Origin: an uncultured Verrucomicrobiota bacterium
GTDB lineage: Bacteria; Auribacterota; JABMQX01
Direction: 5' to 3'
NCBI GenBank assembly: GCA_964516325.1
Contig: CAZFAP010000003.1
Location: 10,499 to 74,498, forward strand
Length of the DNA stretch: 64,000 nt
In this document: piece by piece, positions 35,303 through 43,756 of the stretch
How the letters are laid out: each line of letters begins with the position of its first letter
Position numbering within the stretch: the first letter of the stretch is position 1
Notes under the pieces: generated by a model
What the model saw: the letters and a program-made list of their open reading frames with translations, nothing else
What the model was told of the DNA's origin: nothing
The model's database searches: none
Program-made: the position numbers and the translations under genes

Positions 35303-37259
35303 CAGAATCGCCTCCTTTCATCGGAAGGAAAATCTCGAACCTTGCTCCTTTTCCATAAGTGCCCACTTCTCGGACGACCCCGCCGTGAGCCTCGACCGTT
35401 CTGCGGACTATGGATAGACCCAGCCCCGTGCCTCCAATGGTCGTCGAAAAAAAAGGCTCGAAGATGCGCTGCGCGTGCTCCGGCTTGATTCCAGGCCCAT
35501 TGTCTTCCACCGAAAGAACCACGTATTGTCTGTTATTGCGTTGCGGGAGGAGCTGCGCGGGAACTTCGGTCGCGCTCCTAACCGCCAGCCTTATTGTACC
35601 GCGCCCTTTCAAAGCCCTCGTGGCATTTATGAGAAGCTCTTCAACCGCTTCCCCTATCAGTTGCGCGTCGGCGACAATCGTTGTCTCCCCGGGAGGGAGG
35701 TCGCACTCGAGGGTTATCGTTTTCAGCTCATCGCCCACTCGCCTGGCGGCTCTGTGCATCACGTCGCATGGATCGCAGGGCTGAGGGTTCAATCTCAAAG
35801 GCGAGACAAACCTTTTGAACTCGCCGAGGACGGCCTCCGTTCTCTCGACGCATTCGGTGATGGTTTTTAGTTCTTCCCTGCCCTCACCGGGAAGTTTCAT
35901 GAAAGATAACTCCCGGAGCGCCCCTCGTATCCCGAAAGTCAGATTCCCTATCCTGTGAGCGGACCGGGCCGTCAGGGCCTCCCACGCTTCCAGCCTAGCG
36001 CGGCATATCTCCTCCTGCCTTCGCTCCTCTGCTCGCCGGCGTTCCTCTTCAGCAGCCTCACTGGCAACCTTGGCCGGCGCCTCCAGGAACCATCTGAACA
36101 ACCGGGCCGCAAAGTTATCTGGCTCCACCTCCAGAGAAGCCCTTATGGCTTCGAGAGCGTGTTCTCCGTCGGCGAGTGCGTGAAGCGAGAACGCCTTCCC
36201 CCGAAGCGAACTGGCATCTCGTGCGTTGACGGCCAGTGCCCTGTTGAACGACTCGATGGCCTCCTGGTGCTTCCCGAGGTAGCTCAGCGCGACGCCCTTT
36301 CCCCGGAGCGAGTGGTAATCGTCCGGCTTGGCGGCCAGTGCCTTGTCAAACCATTCAATCGCTTCGTGGTGTCGGCGGAGGTTGCCGAGGGCGACGCCCC
36401 TGCCCCGAAGCGAGTCGTAGTCGTTGGGGTTAACGGCCAGAGCCTTGTCAAACCATTCGATGGCTTCCTGGTATCGGCCCAGGTGCCCGAGGGCGACGCC
36501 CCTGCCCCGAAGCGAGTCGTAGTCGTTCGGGTTGACGGATAGAGCCTTGTCATACCATTCGATGGCTTCCTGGCGTCGGCCGAGGTTGCCGAGGGCGCTG
36601 CCCCTGTCCCGAAGCGAGTGGTAGTCCTTCGGGTTGAGTGATAGAGCCTTGTCGAACCATTCGATGGCTTCTTCGTGTCGGCCGAGGTGGCCCAGGGCGA
36701 CGCCCCTGTCCCGAAGCGAGTGGTAGTCGTTCGGGTTGACGGATAGAGCCTTGTCAAACCATTCGATCGCTTCCTGGTGTCGGCCGAGGTTGCCGAGGGC
36801 CCCGCCCCTTTCCCGAAGCGAGTGGTAGTCCTTCGGGTTGACTGACAGAGCCCTGTCCATCCATCCGATCGCCTCCTCGTATCGGCCGAGGTAGCCGAGG
36901 GCCACGCCCCTGTCCCGAAGCGAGTCGTAGTCGTTCGGGTTGACTGATAGAGCCTTGTCAAACCACTCGATGGCTTCCTGGTATCGGCCGAGGTTGCTGA
37001 GCGCCACTCCGCGAGACCTTGCGAAGAGAGGCCTTTCGGGAGCCAGGGACAGGGCCGCGTCGTAATGATCAAGGGCGGACTCGTAATGGCCTGCAAGACA
37101 GTCCAGTTCCGCAAGAAGGAAGTCCTCAAAGGCTCGGTCGCCGCCCTGCCTCGCCGCGGCGAGGCCCGTCTCCAGAAGTTCCCGAGCAGTTTGCTCCTCT
37201 CCCCGGGAAGCAGCTTCATCGGCTTGTCGGCTGAGTTCCTCGTACTCGGGTTCCGTCAT
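35274..37259 (-). CDS. Cytoplasmic TPR-repeat sensor histidine kinase
   Basis: About ten TPRs, coiled coil, H-box SAHRIGN, N-box EELLINA, VEDNGPGI, IFEPFFST, GGTGLGLSIV; no TM segment. Confidence 0.9.
   Translation of the reverse strand: MTEPEYEELSRQADEAASRGEEQTARELLETGLAAARQGGDRAFEDFLLAELDCLAGHYESALDHYDAALSLAPERPLFARSRGVALSNLGRYQEAIEWFDKALSVNPNDYDSLRDRGVALGYLGRYEEAIGWMDRALSVNPKDYHSLRERGGALGNLGRHQEAIEWFDKALSVNPNDYHSLRDRGVALGHLGRHEEAIEWFDKALSLNPKDYHSLRDRGSALGNLGRRQEAIEWYDKALSVNPNDYDSLRGRGVALGHLGRYQEAIEWFDKALAVNPNDYDSLRGRGVALGNLRRHHEAIEWFDKALAAKPDDYHSLRGKGVALSYLGKHQEAIESFNRALAVNARDASSLRGKAFSLHALADGEHALEAIRASLEVEPDNFAARLFRWFLEAPAKVASEAAEEERRRAEERRQEEICRARLEAWEALTARSAHRIGNLTFGIRGALRELSFMKLPGEGREELKTITECVERTEAVLGEFKRFVSPLRLNPQPCDPCDVMHRAARRVGDELKTITLECDLPPGETTIVADAQLIGEAVEELLINATRALKGRGTIRLAVRSATEVPAQLLPQRNNRQYVVLSVEDNGPGIKPEHAQRIFEPFFSTTIGGTGLGLSIVRRTVEAHGGVVREVGTYGKGARFEIFLPMKGGDSDGEIQGSHS
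36200..37060. repeat. 102-bp tandem repeat array (TPR-encoding)
   Basis: Anchor AG(A/T/G)GCC recurs at 36235, 36337, 36439, 36541, 36643, 36745, 36847, 36949, 37051; the central units are nearly identical in DNA. Confidence 0.92.
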
Positions 37260-37448
37260 TGTCGCCGGCTCTCCTTGTCGGCGCCTCGTCCCGCTGGGGG
37301 ACCTTTCCGGGCCATGGGCCCAACACGCAAGCTTTTGTCTTCTCGGTGTGGTCTTCCGATTGTATCATCATTCCGCGCAGGCTTCGAGCATGAGAGGTCC
37401 CATGAAGCCAGCGATTATCTACGACCAATTATAGCGTGTGGCTCAGGC

Positions 37449-39872
37449 ATGGCAATAACAATTGATGACAAGCGAAAGGTGATTCGCCTCAGCGTCAAGG
37501 ACCTTGTCTCTCCGAGCACTGTCCTGGGCTCCATTGTCGCCACGGAGCTTCTCCCGGCCCGCGCTTCTCTCGGGAGGGACGCGCACAAGGACCACCAAAC
37601 CGAGAGAGAAGAATCTCTCGCCTCCTATAGAAAAGAAGTGTATGTCAAGCACGAGATGAAGGTGGACAATTACACGGCTGTCGTGCAGGGCCGGATAGAC
37701 GGCGTCTATGAACGTCGGGGGAAGCTGGTTGTCGAAGAGGTCAAGTCGGTTATTTCGACGAAGGAGGTCATCGAGGCGATCAAAGAGGGGCTCTTTGAGA
37801 CGAGCATTTTGCAGGTGCAGGTATATATGCTCCTGCTGGCGAAGGAGACGGGGAAGGAGGTGGACGCTTACCTGGTCTTCGTCGGGCTCGACGATCGCTC
37901 GACGGAGAGGGTGGAAGTTGACTTCGACCCGGAAAGAATACGCCGCCTCGTCGTGGGGAGAGTTCGCGGCATTCTGGAGGAGCACAGAAAAAAGAAACTT
38001 CGCGAGGCTCAACTCCGAAGGACTGCGGAAGCGCTGGTTTTCCCATTCCCCGAGATGAGGAAGTATCAGAAGGAGATGATGGACGCAGTTCAAGAATCGC
38101 TCGAGCGCCGCAAGAATCTCCTCCTCTTGGCTCCCGCCGGAATTGGAAAAACCGTCGCGGCCATCTTCCCTTCTCTCCGGTATGCCCTTGAGAACAAGAT
38201 GAGGATTTTCTTCGTCACGCCGAAGACGACGCAGCAGAAGATCGTCGCGGAGACGCTTCGCATGACCGTTGGGGGGTGGCGGACAGTGTCGTGCATTTGT
38301 TTGCGCGCGAAAGAGAAGATGTGCGCCAACGATGTCTTCTATTGTCACCCCGACTTCTGCCCCTTCGCGAGGAACTACTACGACAGGCTTGGGTTGTCGT
38401 CTGCCGTCCAGGACCTCCTGGGGAAAGAAGTCATTGAGCCGGAGATGGTCTATGCGAGGGCGGTGGACGAGAGACTTTGTCCGTTCGAGTTATCGCTCGA
38501 CGTCTCCCTCTACGCCTCGGTCGTCGTCTGCGATTACAACTACGTGTTCGACCCCACAGTCTATCTCCGGCGCTTTTTCGCAGAACAGAAATACGACGAC
38601 ATCCTCCTGATAATTGACGAGGCTCACAACCTCTATCCGCGTGGGCGGGACTATTATTCCCCCGAACTGAGGCGCAGCGACATCCGCTCGCTCATGGCGC
38701 GAGCGACGAACTCGCAGGATTCGGTCTTGAGAGAAATTGCCAAGGCGCTTCAGCCTCTGGACAGGCACTTCGCGCGGCTGATGAAGGAAGGCAAAGAGCG
38801 GTTTGAAGGGGCGACGAAATTTCCGGTCGAGATAGATTTCTCTTTCTTCGACGAGGAAAAGGGGAGGATCGAGTCGGTCATGCTGCGCTATTTCTTGCAC
38901 AAGAAGACGCAACGCCTTTCCGCCCCGGACGATCCCTTTGAGCGATTCTACCACGACTTCAATTCGTTCTATGAAGTGCTCCAGCTTAAGGGCGAGGAGT
39001 TCTCGTACCTCTACGACGGCGAAGGCGAGAGTGAAGTGCTAAAAATACTGTGCAAGGACCCGTCGCGTTTCCTCGCGGAGCGAATCAGCGGCTTCCACGC
39101 TACTGTCGCCATGTCGGCAACTCTGGTGCCGCCGGAATTCTTCCGGGACGTCCTCGGCTTCGATAAGGATGCAACCCGCCTCGTCTCATTTCCTTCGCCG
39201 TTTCCGCCGGAGAACAGGAAGATCATCGTCGTGCCAGGCTTGTGGACGACCTACCGAATGCGGCGCCGTTCCTACGAGCAGACCGCTCGCACGATTGAGG
39301 AAATCGTCTCGGTCAAGAAAGGCAACTACTTCGTTTTCTTCCCGAGCTTCGAGTACCTGGACGCGGTCGGACAGTATGTCTCTCCGTCCGGTTTCGTGGT
39401 GCTGCGGCAGGAGCGAGCGATGTCCGAGAGGGAGAGGTCTGATTTGCTGAGGAAACTCACGGAAGGCGGGCAAAGCTATCTCGTGCTTGCGGTGCAGGGA
39501 GGCATCTTCGCGGAAGGCGTTGACTATCCGGGCGAGATGCTGATCGGCGCGATTATCGTCGGGCCGGGCTTGCCGAAGTACAGTTTTGAGCAGGAGTTGA
39601 TGCGAGAGTACTTTCAGGAGCAATACGGAGCGGGTTTCGAGTATGCGTATCTTTATCCGGGCATGAACAGGGTTGTGCAATCGGCGGGGAGAGTCATCCG
39701 CACGGAGAACGACCGCGGAATCATCGCGCTGTTAGGTGAGCGCTTCGCCCGCGCGGAGTATCATTCGCTCTTCCCGAGAGACTGGTACGTCTATTCGCCG
39801 ACGGAGCTAATTGCCAAAGACTATGCCGAGCAGATTCGGCAGTTCTGGGCCGAGAACGGTCAGGATCAATGA
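37449..39872 (+). CDS. DinG/XPD (Rad3-like) Fe-S DNA helicase with N-terminal PD-(D/E)XK nuclease domain
   Basis: QGRIDGVY...VEEVKS nuclease motif; Q-motif RKYQ, APAGIGKT, Cys cluster CAND..CHPDFCPF..LCPF, IIDEAHNL, MSATL, GIFAEGVD, VVQSAGRVIR. Confidence 0.88.
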   Translation: MAITIDDKRKVIRLSVKDLVSPSTVLGSIVATELLPARASLGRDAHKDHQTEREESLASYRKEVYVKHEMKVDNYTAVVQGRIDGVYERRGKLVVEEVKSVISTKEVIEAIKEGLFETSILQVQVYMLLLAKETGKEVDAYLVFVGLDDRSTERVEVDFDPERIRRLVVGRVRGILEEHRKKKLREAQLRRTAEALVFPFPEMRKYQKEMMDAVQESLERRKNLLLLAPAGIGKTVAAIFPSLRYALENKMRIFFVTPKTTQQKIVAETLRMTVGGWRTVSCICLRAKEKMCANDVFYCHPDFCPFARNYYDRLGLSSAVQDLLGKEVIEPEMVYARAVDERLCPFELSLDVSLYASVVVCDYNYVFDPTVYLRRFFAEQKYDDILLIIDEAHNLYPRGRDYYSPELRRSDIRSLMARATNSQDSVLREIAKALQPLDRHFARLMKEGKERFEGATKFPVEIDFSFFDEEKGRIESVMLRYFLHKKTQRLSAPDDPFERFYHDFNSFYEVLQLKGEEFSYLYDGEGESEVLKILCKDPSRFLAERISGFHATVAMSATLVPPEFFRDVLGFDKDATRLVSFPSPFPPENRKIIVVPGLWTTYRMRRRSYEQTARTIEEIVSVKKGNYFVFFPSFEYLDAVGQYVSPSGFVVLRQERAMSERERSDLLRKLTEGGQSYLVLAVQGGIFAEGVDYPGEMLIGAIIVGPGLPKYSFEQELMREYFQEQYGAGFEYAYLYPGMNRVVQSAGRVIRTENDRGIIALLGERFARAEYHSLFPRDWYVYSPTELIAKDYAEQIRQFWAENGQDQ

Positions 39873-39905
39873 AGCCTCGCTATCCAAGGAAGGGAGGGCA
39901 AGGAC

Positions 39906-41276
39906 ATGAGCGGTGGCAAAAACACAAGTAGAAGGGAATTTCTGCGAACGGTAGCCAGCGGCATCGTCGCTGGATTGCGTGCAACGATGGCGGGAAAGCG
40001 CGCGGCGCCGGCGGAAGGCAAAGTCATCGGCAGCAACGAAAAGGTCAACATCGGAATCATCGGCGTTGGCTGGCGAGGAGGGACGCATCTGAGGGAACTG
40101 GTCAAAAGGACGACGGATGTCGGAGACGTCCAGGTAACGGCGGTATCCGACCTGTACGAGCCGAGGCTTCAGCGGGCGAAGGAGACCTGCGGGGGAAAGG
40201 CGTTTCGGGATTATCACGAGCTTCTCAGCCAGAAAGACGTGGATGGCGTGATCGTCGCTGTTCCGTGGCACTGGCATGCGAAGATGACTCTCGATGCCTG
40301 CGAAGCGGGGAAGGATGTCTATGTCGAGACGCCGATGACGATCAACATTGACGACGCCAGAAAAGTCTATGAGACCGCGAAGCGAGCCAAGCGAGTCGTC
40401 CAGGTCGGAAATCAGATGGCGTCCTTCGACGAGTACTGGCGGGCAAAAGAGGTGGTTCAGTCCGGCGTCCTCGGAAAACTTCTCATTACCGAGGCGAGCT
40501 GGTGCCGCAACTCGAAGGAAGGACAGTGGAACTATAACATTGACCCGGATTGTAGCCCAGCGAATCTCGACTGGGAGACGTGGCACGGCGCGAAGTTCGG
40601 GCTGACTCCGCCGCGGCCGTTCAGCACGGAGCGATTTTTCCGCTGGAGGAAATTCCGCGACTATGGCGGCGGGTCGGCTTCGGACCTTTTGTGTCACACA
40701 CTCGGCTGTCTTCTCATTATGATCCCCCGAGAATTTCCTCAGCTCGTCACCTCCGCGGGCGGGCAATATGTCGAGTTCGACCGCGACATCTACGACACGT
40801 ATATCACGATGATCGAATATCCGAGCCAGCACATGGTCGTGATGGACGGGACGATGGTCAATGAGGAAGGGCGACCGGAGATGGTTCGCGGACACGAGGC
40901 GGCATGCTTTGTCTATCAAGATGGAGTCGCCGTGGCTCCGGAGGGTCCCTTCCAGAAAGAATTTAAGGAAAAATGCGAGAAAGCCGGGCTGAAGGGCGAA
41001 TGGGTCAAGACGAAGGTCGCTTCGTGGCGGCGGGAGCGCGAGGTCGAAGCGTTACGGATTCCCAAGCAGCCGCGCCCGACGCACATGGACAATTTCCTCC
41101 ATTGCATTCGAACGCGCGAGACGCCCGTTGAGGACGCCTTCGCCGGATACCAGATCACCGTCGCCGTGGAGCTTGGCGTGCAGTCCTATTATCAGAACAA
41201 AACGATGCACTTCGACCCGGAAAAGCAAATTGTCCTCAAGGACACCCCTCTCCGCCCGCATCAGATCACATACTGA
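39906..41276 (+). CDS. Tat-exported Gfo/Idh/MocA oxidoreductase
   Basis: SRREFL signal; IGIIGVGWRG; AVPWHWH; KDVYVETPM; VQVGNQ. Confidence 0.88.
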   Translation: MSGGKNTSRREFLRTVASGIVAGLRATMAGKRAAPAEGKVIGSNEKVNIGIIGVGWRGGTHLRELVKRTTDVGDVQVTAVSDLYEPRLQRAKETCGGKAFRDYHELLSQKDVDGVIVAVPWHWHAKMTLDACEAGKDVYVETPMTINIDDARKVYETAKRAKRVVQVGNQMASFDEYWRAKEVVQSGVLGKLLITEASWCRNSKEGQWNYNIDPDCSPANLDWETWHGAKFGLTPPRPFSTERFFRWRKFRDYGGGSASDLLCHTLGCLLIMIPREFPQLVTSAGGQYVEFDRDIYDTYITMIEYPSQHMVVMDGTMVNEEGRPEMVRGHEAACFVYQDGVAVAPEGPFQKEFKEKCEKAGLKGEWVKTKVASWRREREVEALRIPKQPRPTHMDNFLHCIRTRETPVEDAFAGYQITVAVELGVQSYYQNKTMHFDPEKQIVLKDTPLRPHQITY

Positions 41277-41419
41277 ACCGCGAAGGGCGGAGAACGGCCA
41301 TCGCCTGGGACCATTCTTCCCTACGACCTCTGCACGGTCTCCCCTGAAAATCGGTACCGTGAAGCTGGAGGGCGCGGCTACGGTTGAGAGGTGAGAACGG
41401 GGTGAACCCCATGACTCCA

Positions 41420-41491
41420 AGAAGCCCGGCTAAAGCCGGCTCCAAGAGGGGTGTTGCGGCGGGGACGCGGACCACGGGCTGAAGCCCGTGG
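41420..41491. repeat. REP-like palindromes
   Basis: CCGGCT-aa-AGCCGG and CCACGGGCT-ga-AGCCCGTGG hairpins in a ~520-bp intergenic gap between convergent genes. Confidence 0.5.
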
Positions 41492-41797
41492 CTAATGGCG
41501 CCGATGGCGCCACTGAAGGCCGGCAACCAGTGCCCGGGGGATTGGTGCCGCAGTCCCGCCGTGCCGACCGCGCACCAGGCGATGGCTGCCTGATGGGCAA
41601 CTGAGGCGTAACCACCTTACCACCGTTTTCATGGTCTCCGGGTGAACGAAGTTCATGAGGAACCTTGGTGGCGAGGAACTCGTTCGCGATTTGGCGGCGC
41701 GCCCCGTAGAGAGACGGTCGCGGGTCAGGATTCCCGGTCAGTCGTTGAGGTAAAGGATGCGGCGAGCGGCGCGTCCATCTGTGGGGAGACTGGGATG

Positions 41798-42112
41798 CTA
41801 CGTCACCTCCCATTCACCGGGTTTCATTCTGCTGAGAAGCTGGCGGCTTCCGTGGACGAGCCCAACGACGTAACAGGTGCTTGAGCGAACCACATAGATG
41901 AGCCTGTACGAGCCATAGATGAGTTCGCGTACGTCTTGCTGACCGAACTCCGGAACAACACGACCGCTTTGAGGAAAAGTCGCCAGCCGTCTTGCAGCCT
42001 GGAGCACCTTCAGAGCGAGGCGTTCGGCGTACGCCCGCGAGTCTTGGGCGATGTATTCAACGATAGCCCTCAGATCGTTTACGGCAGGCTCTGCCCAGAC
42101 GACTTCAGCCAT
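41798..42112 (-). CDS. Type II toxin, RelE/ParE family
   Basis: VVWAEPAVNDLRAIVEYIAQDS...FPQSGRVVPE...RELIYGSYRLIY. Confidence 0.9.
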   Translation of the reverse strand: MAEVVWAEPAVNDLRAIVEYIAQDSRAYAERLALKVLQAARRLATFPQSGRVVPEFGQQDVRELIYGSYRLIYVVRSSTCYVVGLVHGSRQLLSRMKPGEWEVT

Positions 42113-42285
42113 TGTCGGGTCCTTTTCTCGACCTCCTCCTGAGAAAGCGTCCGCCCCTCCTCGACAGCCTTGATCCCCGCCTCAATCTTCTCTCTCACGT
42201 AGAGGTGGTAGAGGATGTCCTCCAGTGTGCAGTCGTCGGGGAGCCCGTTGATTAGCTCAATCACCTGTTGTTTTAGGGGAGACAT
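42079..42285 (-). CDS. Cognate antitoxin (small hypothetical)
   Basis: KQQVIELINGLPDDCTLEDILYHLYVREKIEAGIKAVEEGRTLSQEEV; upstream of and overlapping the toxin. Confidence 0.8.
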   Translation of the reverse strand: MSPLKQQVIELINGLPDDCTLEDILYHLYVREKIEAGIKAVEEGRTLSQEEVEKRTRQWLKSSGQSLP

Positions 42286-42421
42286 AATCGAATCCTCCAC
42301 GGTCGGTCCTCAGCGGCCGAGTATTCGCTCTTTCCGGCACGAATGCAAGAATAGCCTTTCCTATCGCTGCCATGCAAGGGCGTCATTCGCTCCGCCTGCG
42401 CAAGAACGATTCAAAGCAGCG

Positions 42422-43756
42422 TCACTGGGTGCCCCAGGTGGTGGGGCGAGGCTGCATTTGTGATTCCCACGCCTTGAAAAGCGCCTTCAGTTCGTTGAGC
42501 CTCTCGGGATACTGAGCCGCGAGGTTGTTCTTCTCGGCAATGTCCTCGTCGAGGTTGAAGAGATATTCCTTCTCGCCGTCGCGAAGATATTTCCATGGAC
42601 CGCTCCGGACGGCGTCCTGCGTTTTCGTCCGCCAGAAGAACGTACGGGGATGGGGCTTCTCCTTGCCGAGAATGACGGGCATCAGGTCTTCACCGTCAAG
42701 AGTTCGACCGGCGGGCGGCTTGGCGCCGGTCAGAGCGAGAATTGTCGCTGAAAGGTCCATCACGATGCCTGCTTGGTCTATCGCTTTTCCAGCCGGGACG
42801 ACGCCAGGATACCGAATGATGCACGGAATGCGAATTCCCCCTTCCCAGAGGCTGCCCTTTTTCCTTGAGAGAGGATCGTTGCGAGAGAGGGTATCTCCGC
42901 CATTGTCGCTGGCGAAGATGACGACGGTGTTCGAGGCGAGGTTGTACTTGTCGAGCCTATCGAGGATTTCGCCGACCTTCTGGTCCATTCTCTCGACCAT
43001 TTTGACGTACGTGTCGCGTGTGCCCTTCGTCCAGTTGCCCTTGTCAATGGGTTTGTCAGCGTCGTCGGGGCCCTGAATCGGCCAATGCGGCGCATTGAAG
43101 CAGACATCGAGGAAGAATGTTTTCCCGCGCTGTCGGTCGAGAAAGCGCAGCGCTCGCTCCGCGATGAGATCAGTCATGTATCCCTTCACAACGACAGGTT
43201 GTGTATTTTCATAAAGGTCCGGCTCGTCGTTCACTTCCTTGTGGGTGAAGTAATTGACATTCCCGCTCAGTAAGCCAAAAAATTCGTCAAAGCCGTGATT
43301 GTTCGGGCCGAATTCCTTCTTGTATCCGAGGTGCCATTTGCCGAAAAGCCCCGTAACGTAGCCGCTGCCCTTCAGCATCGTTGCGATGGTCGTTTCGCTT
43401 GGCGGAAGTCCCAGCCGCTTCACTCCGGGGTGAATCGCCCATTCCAGCCCTTTGACCCTCTGCTGATAACGGCCCGTCATAATCGCGCACCTCGTCGGCG
43501 TGCATACCGGGGCGGCATGGAAGTCCGTGAACCGAACCCCCTCCTTCGCCAGGCGGTCAATGTTCGGCGTCTTGATGTCGGTGCAGCCGTAACAGCCCAG
43601 GTCGCCATATCCCAGATCGTCTGCGAGAATGAGCAAAACGGTCGGCTTCTCGCGCTCCTCCGCCGTCACCTCGAATGCCTTGCCCCCCAAAGCGAGGCCA
43701 AATCCGGCCCCCGCGCTGACTCTCACAAAATCCCTTCGCGTCATTCCCTTTTTCAT
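42422..43756 (-). CDS. Tat-exported sulfatase (Cys-type)
   Basis: TRRDFV signal; ILADDLGYGD; CTPTR formylglycine motif; GKWHLG; SDNGG; WEGGIRIP. Confidence 0.92.
   Translation of the reverse strand: MKKGMTRRDFVRVSAGAGFGLALGGKAFEVTAEEREKPTVLLILADDLGYGDLGCYGCTDIKTPNIDRLAKEGVRFTDFHAAPVCTPTRCAIMTGRYQQRVKGLEWAIHPGVKRLGLPPSETTIATMLKGSGYVTGLFGKWHLGYKKEFGPNNHGFDEFFGLLSGNVNYFTHKEVNDEPDLYENTQPVVVKGYMTDLIAERALRFLDRQRGKTFFLDVCFNAPHWPIQGPDDADKPIDKGNWTKGTRDTYVKMVERMDQKVGEILDRLDKYNLASNTVVIFASDNGGDTLSRNDPLSRKKGSLWEGGIRIPCIIRYPGVVPAGKAIDQAGIVMDLSATILALTGAKPPAGRTLDGEDLMPVILGKEKPHPRTFFWRTKTQDAVRSGPWKYLRDGEKEYLFNLDEDIAEKNNLAAQYPERLNELKALFKAWESQMQPRPTTWGTQ

Noticed and set aside
36200-37060. Regular repeats as a CRISPR array
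   Set aside because: Units are 102 bp, contiguous, in frame, with no unique spacers; they encode TPRs and no cas genes are present.
36284-37219. 311-aa alternative-frame ORF with TRTTTTRFG repeats overlapping the kinase
   Set aside because: A stop-free unit repeated in tandem automatically gives a long shifted ORF; no independent coding signal.
37449-38000. Cas4-like domain as a sign of CRISPR-Cas or type IV CasDinG
   Set aside because: No array or other cas genes; the nuclease-DinG fusion is a known stand-alone architecture.
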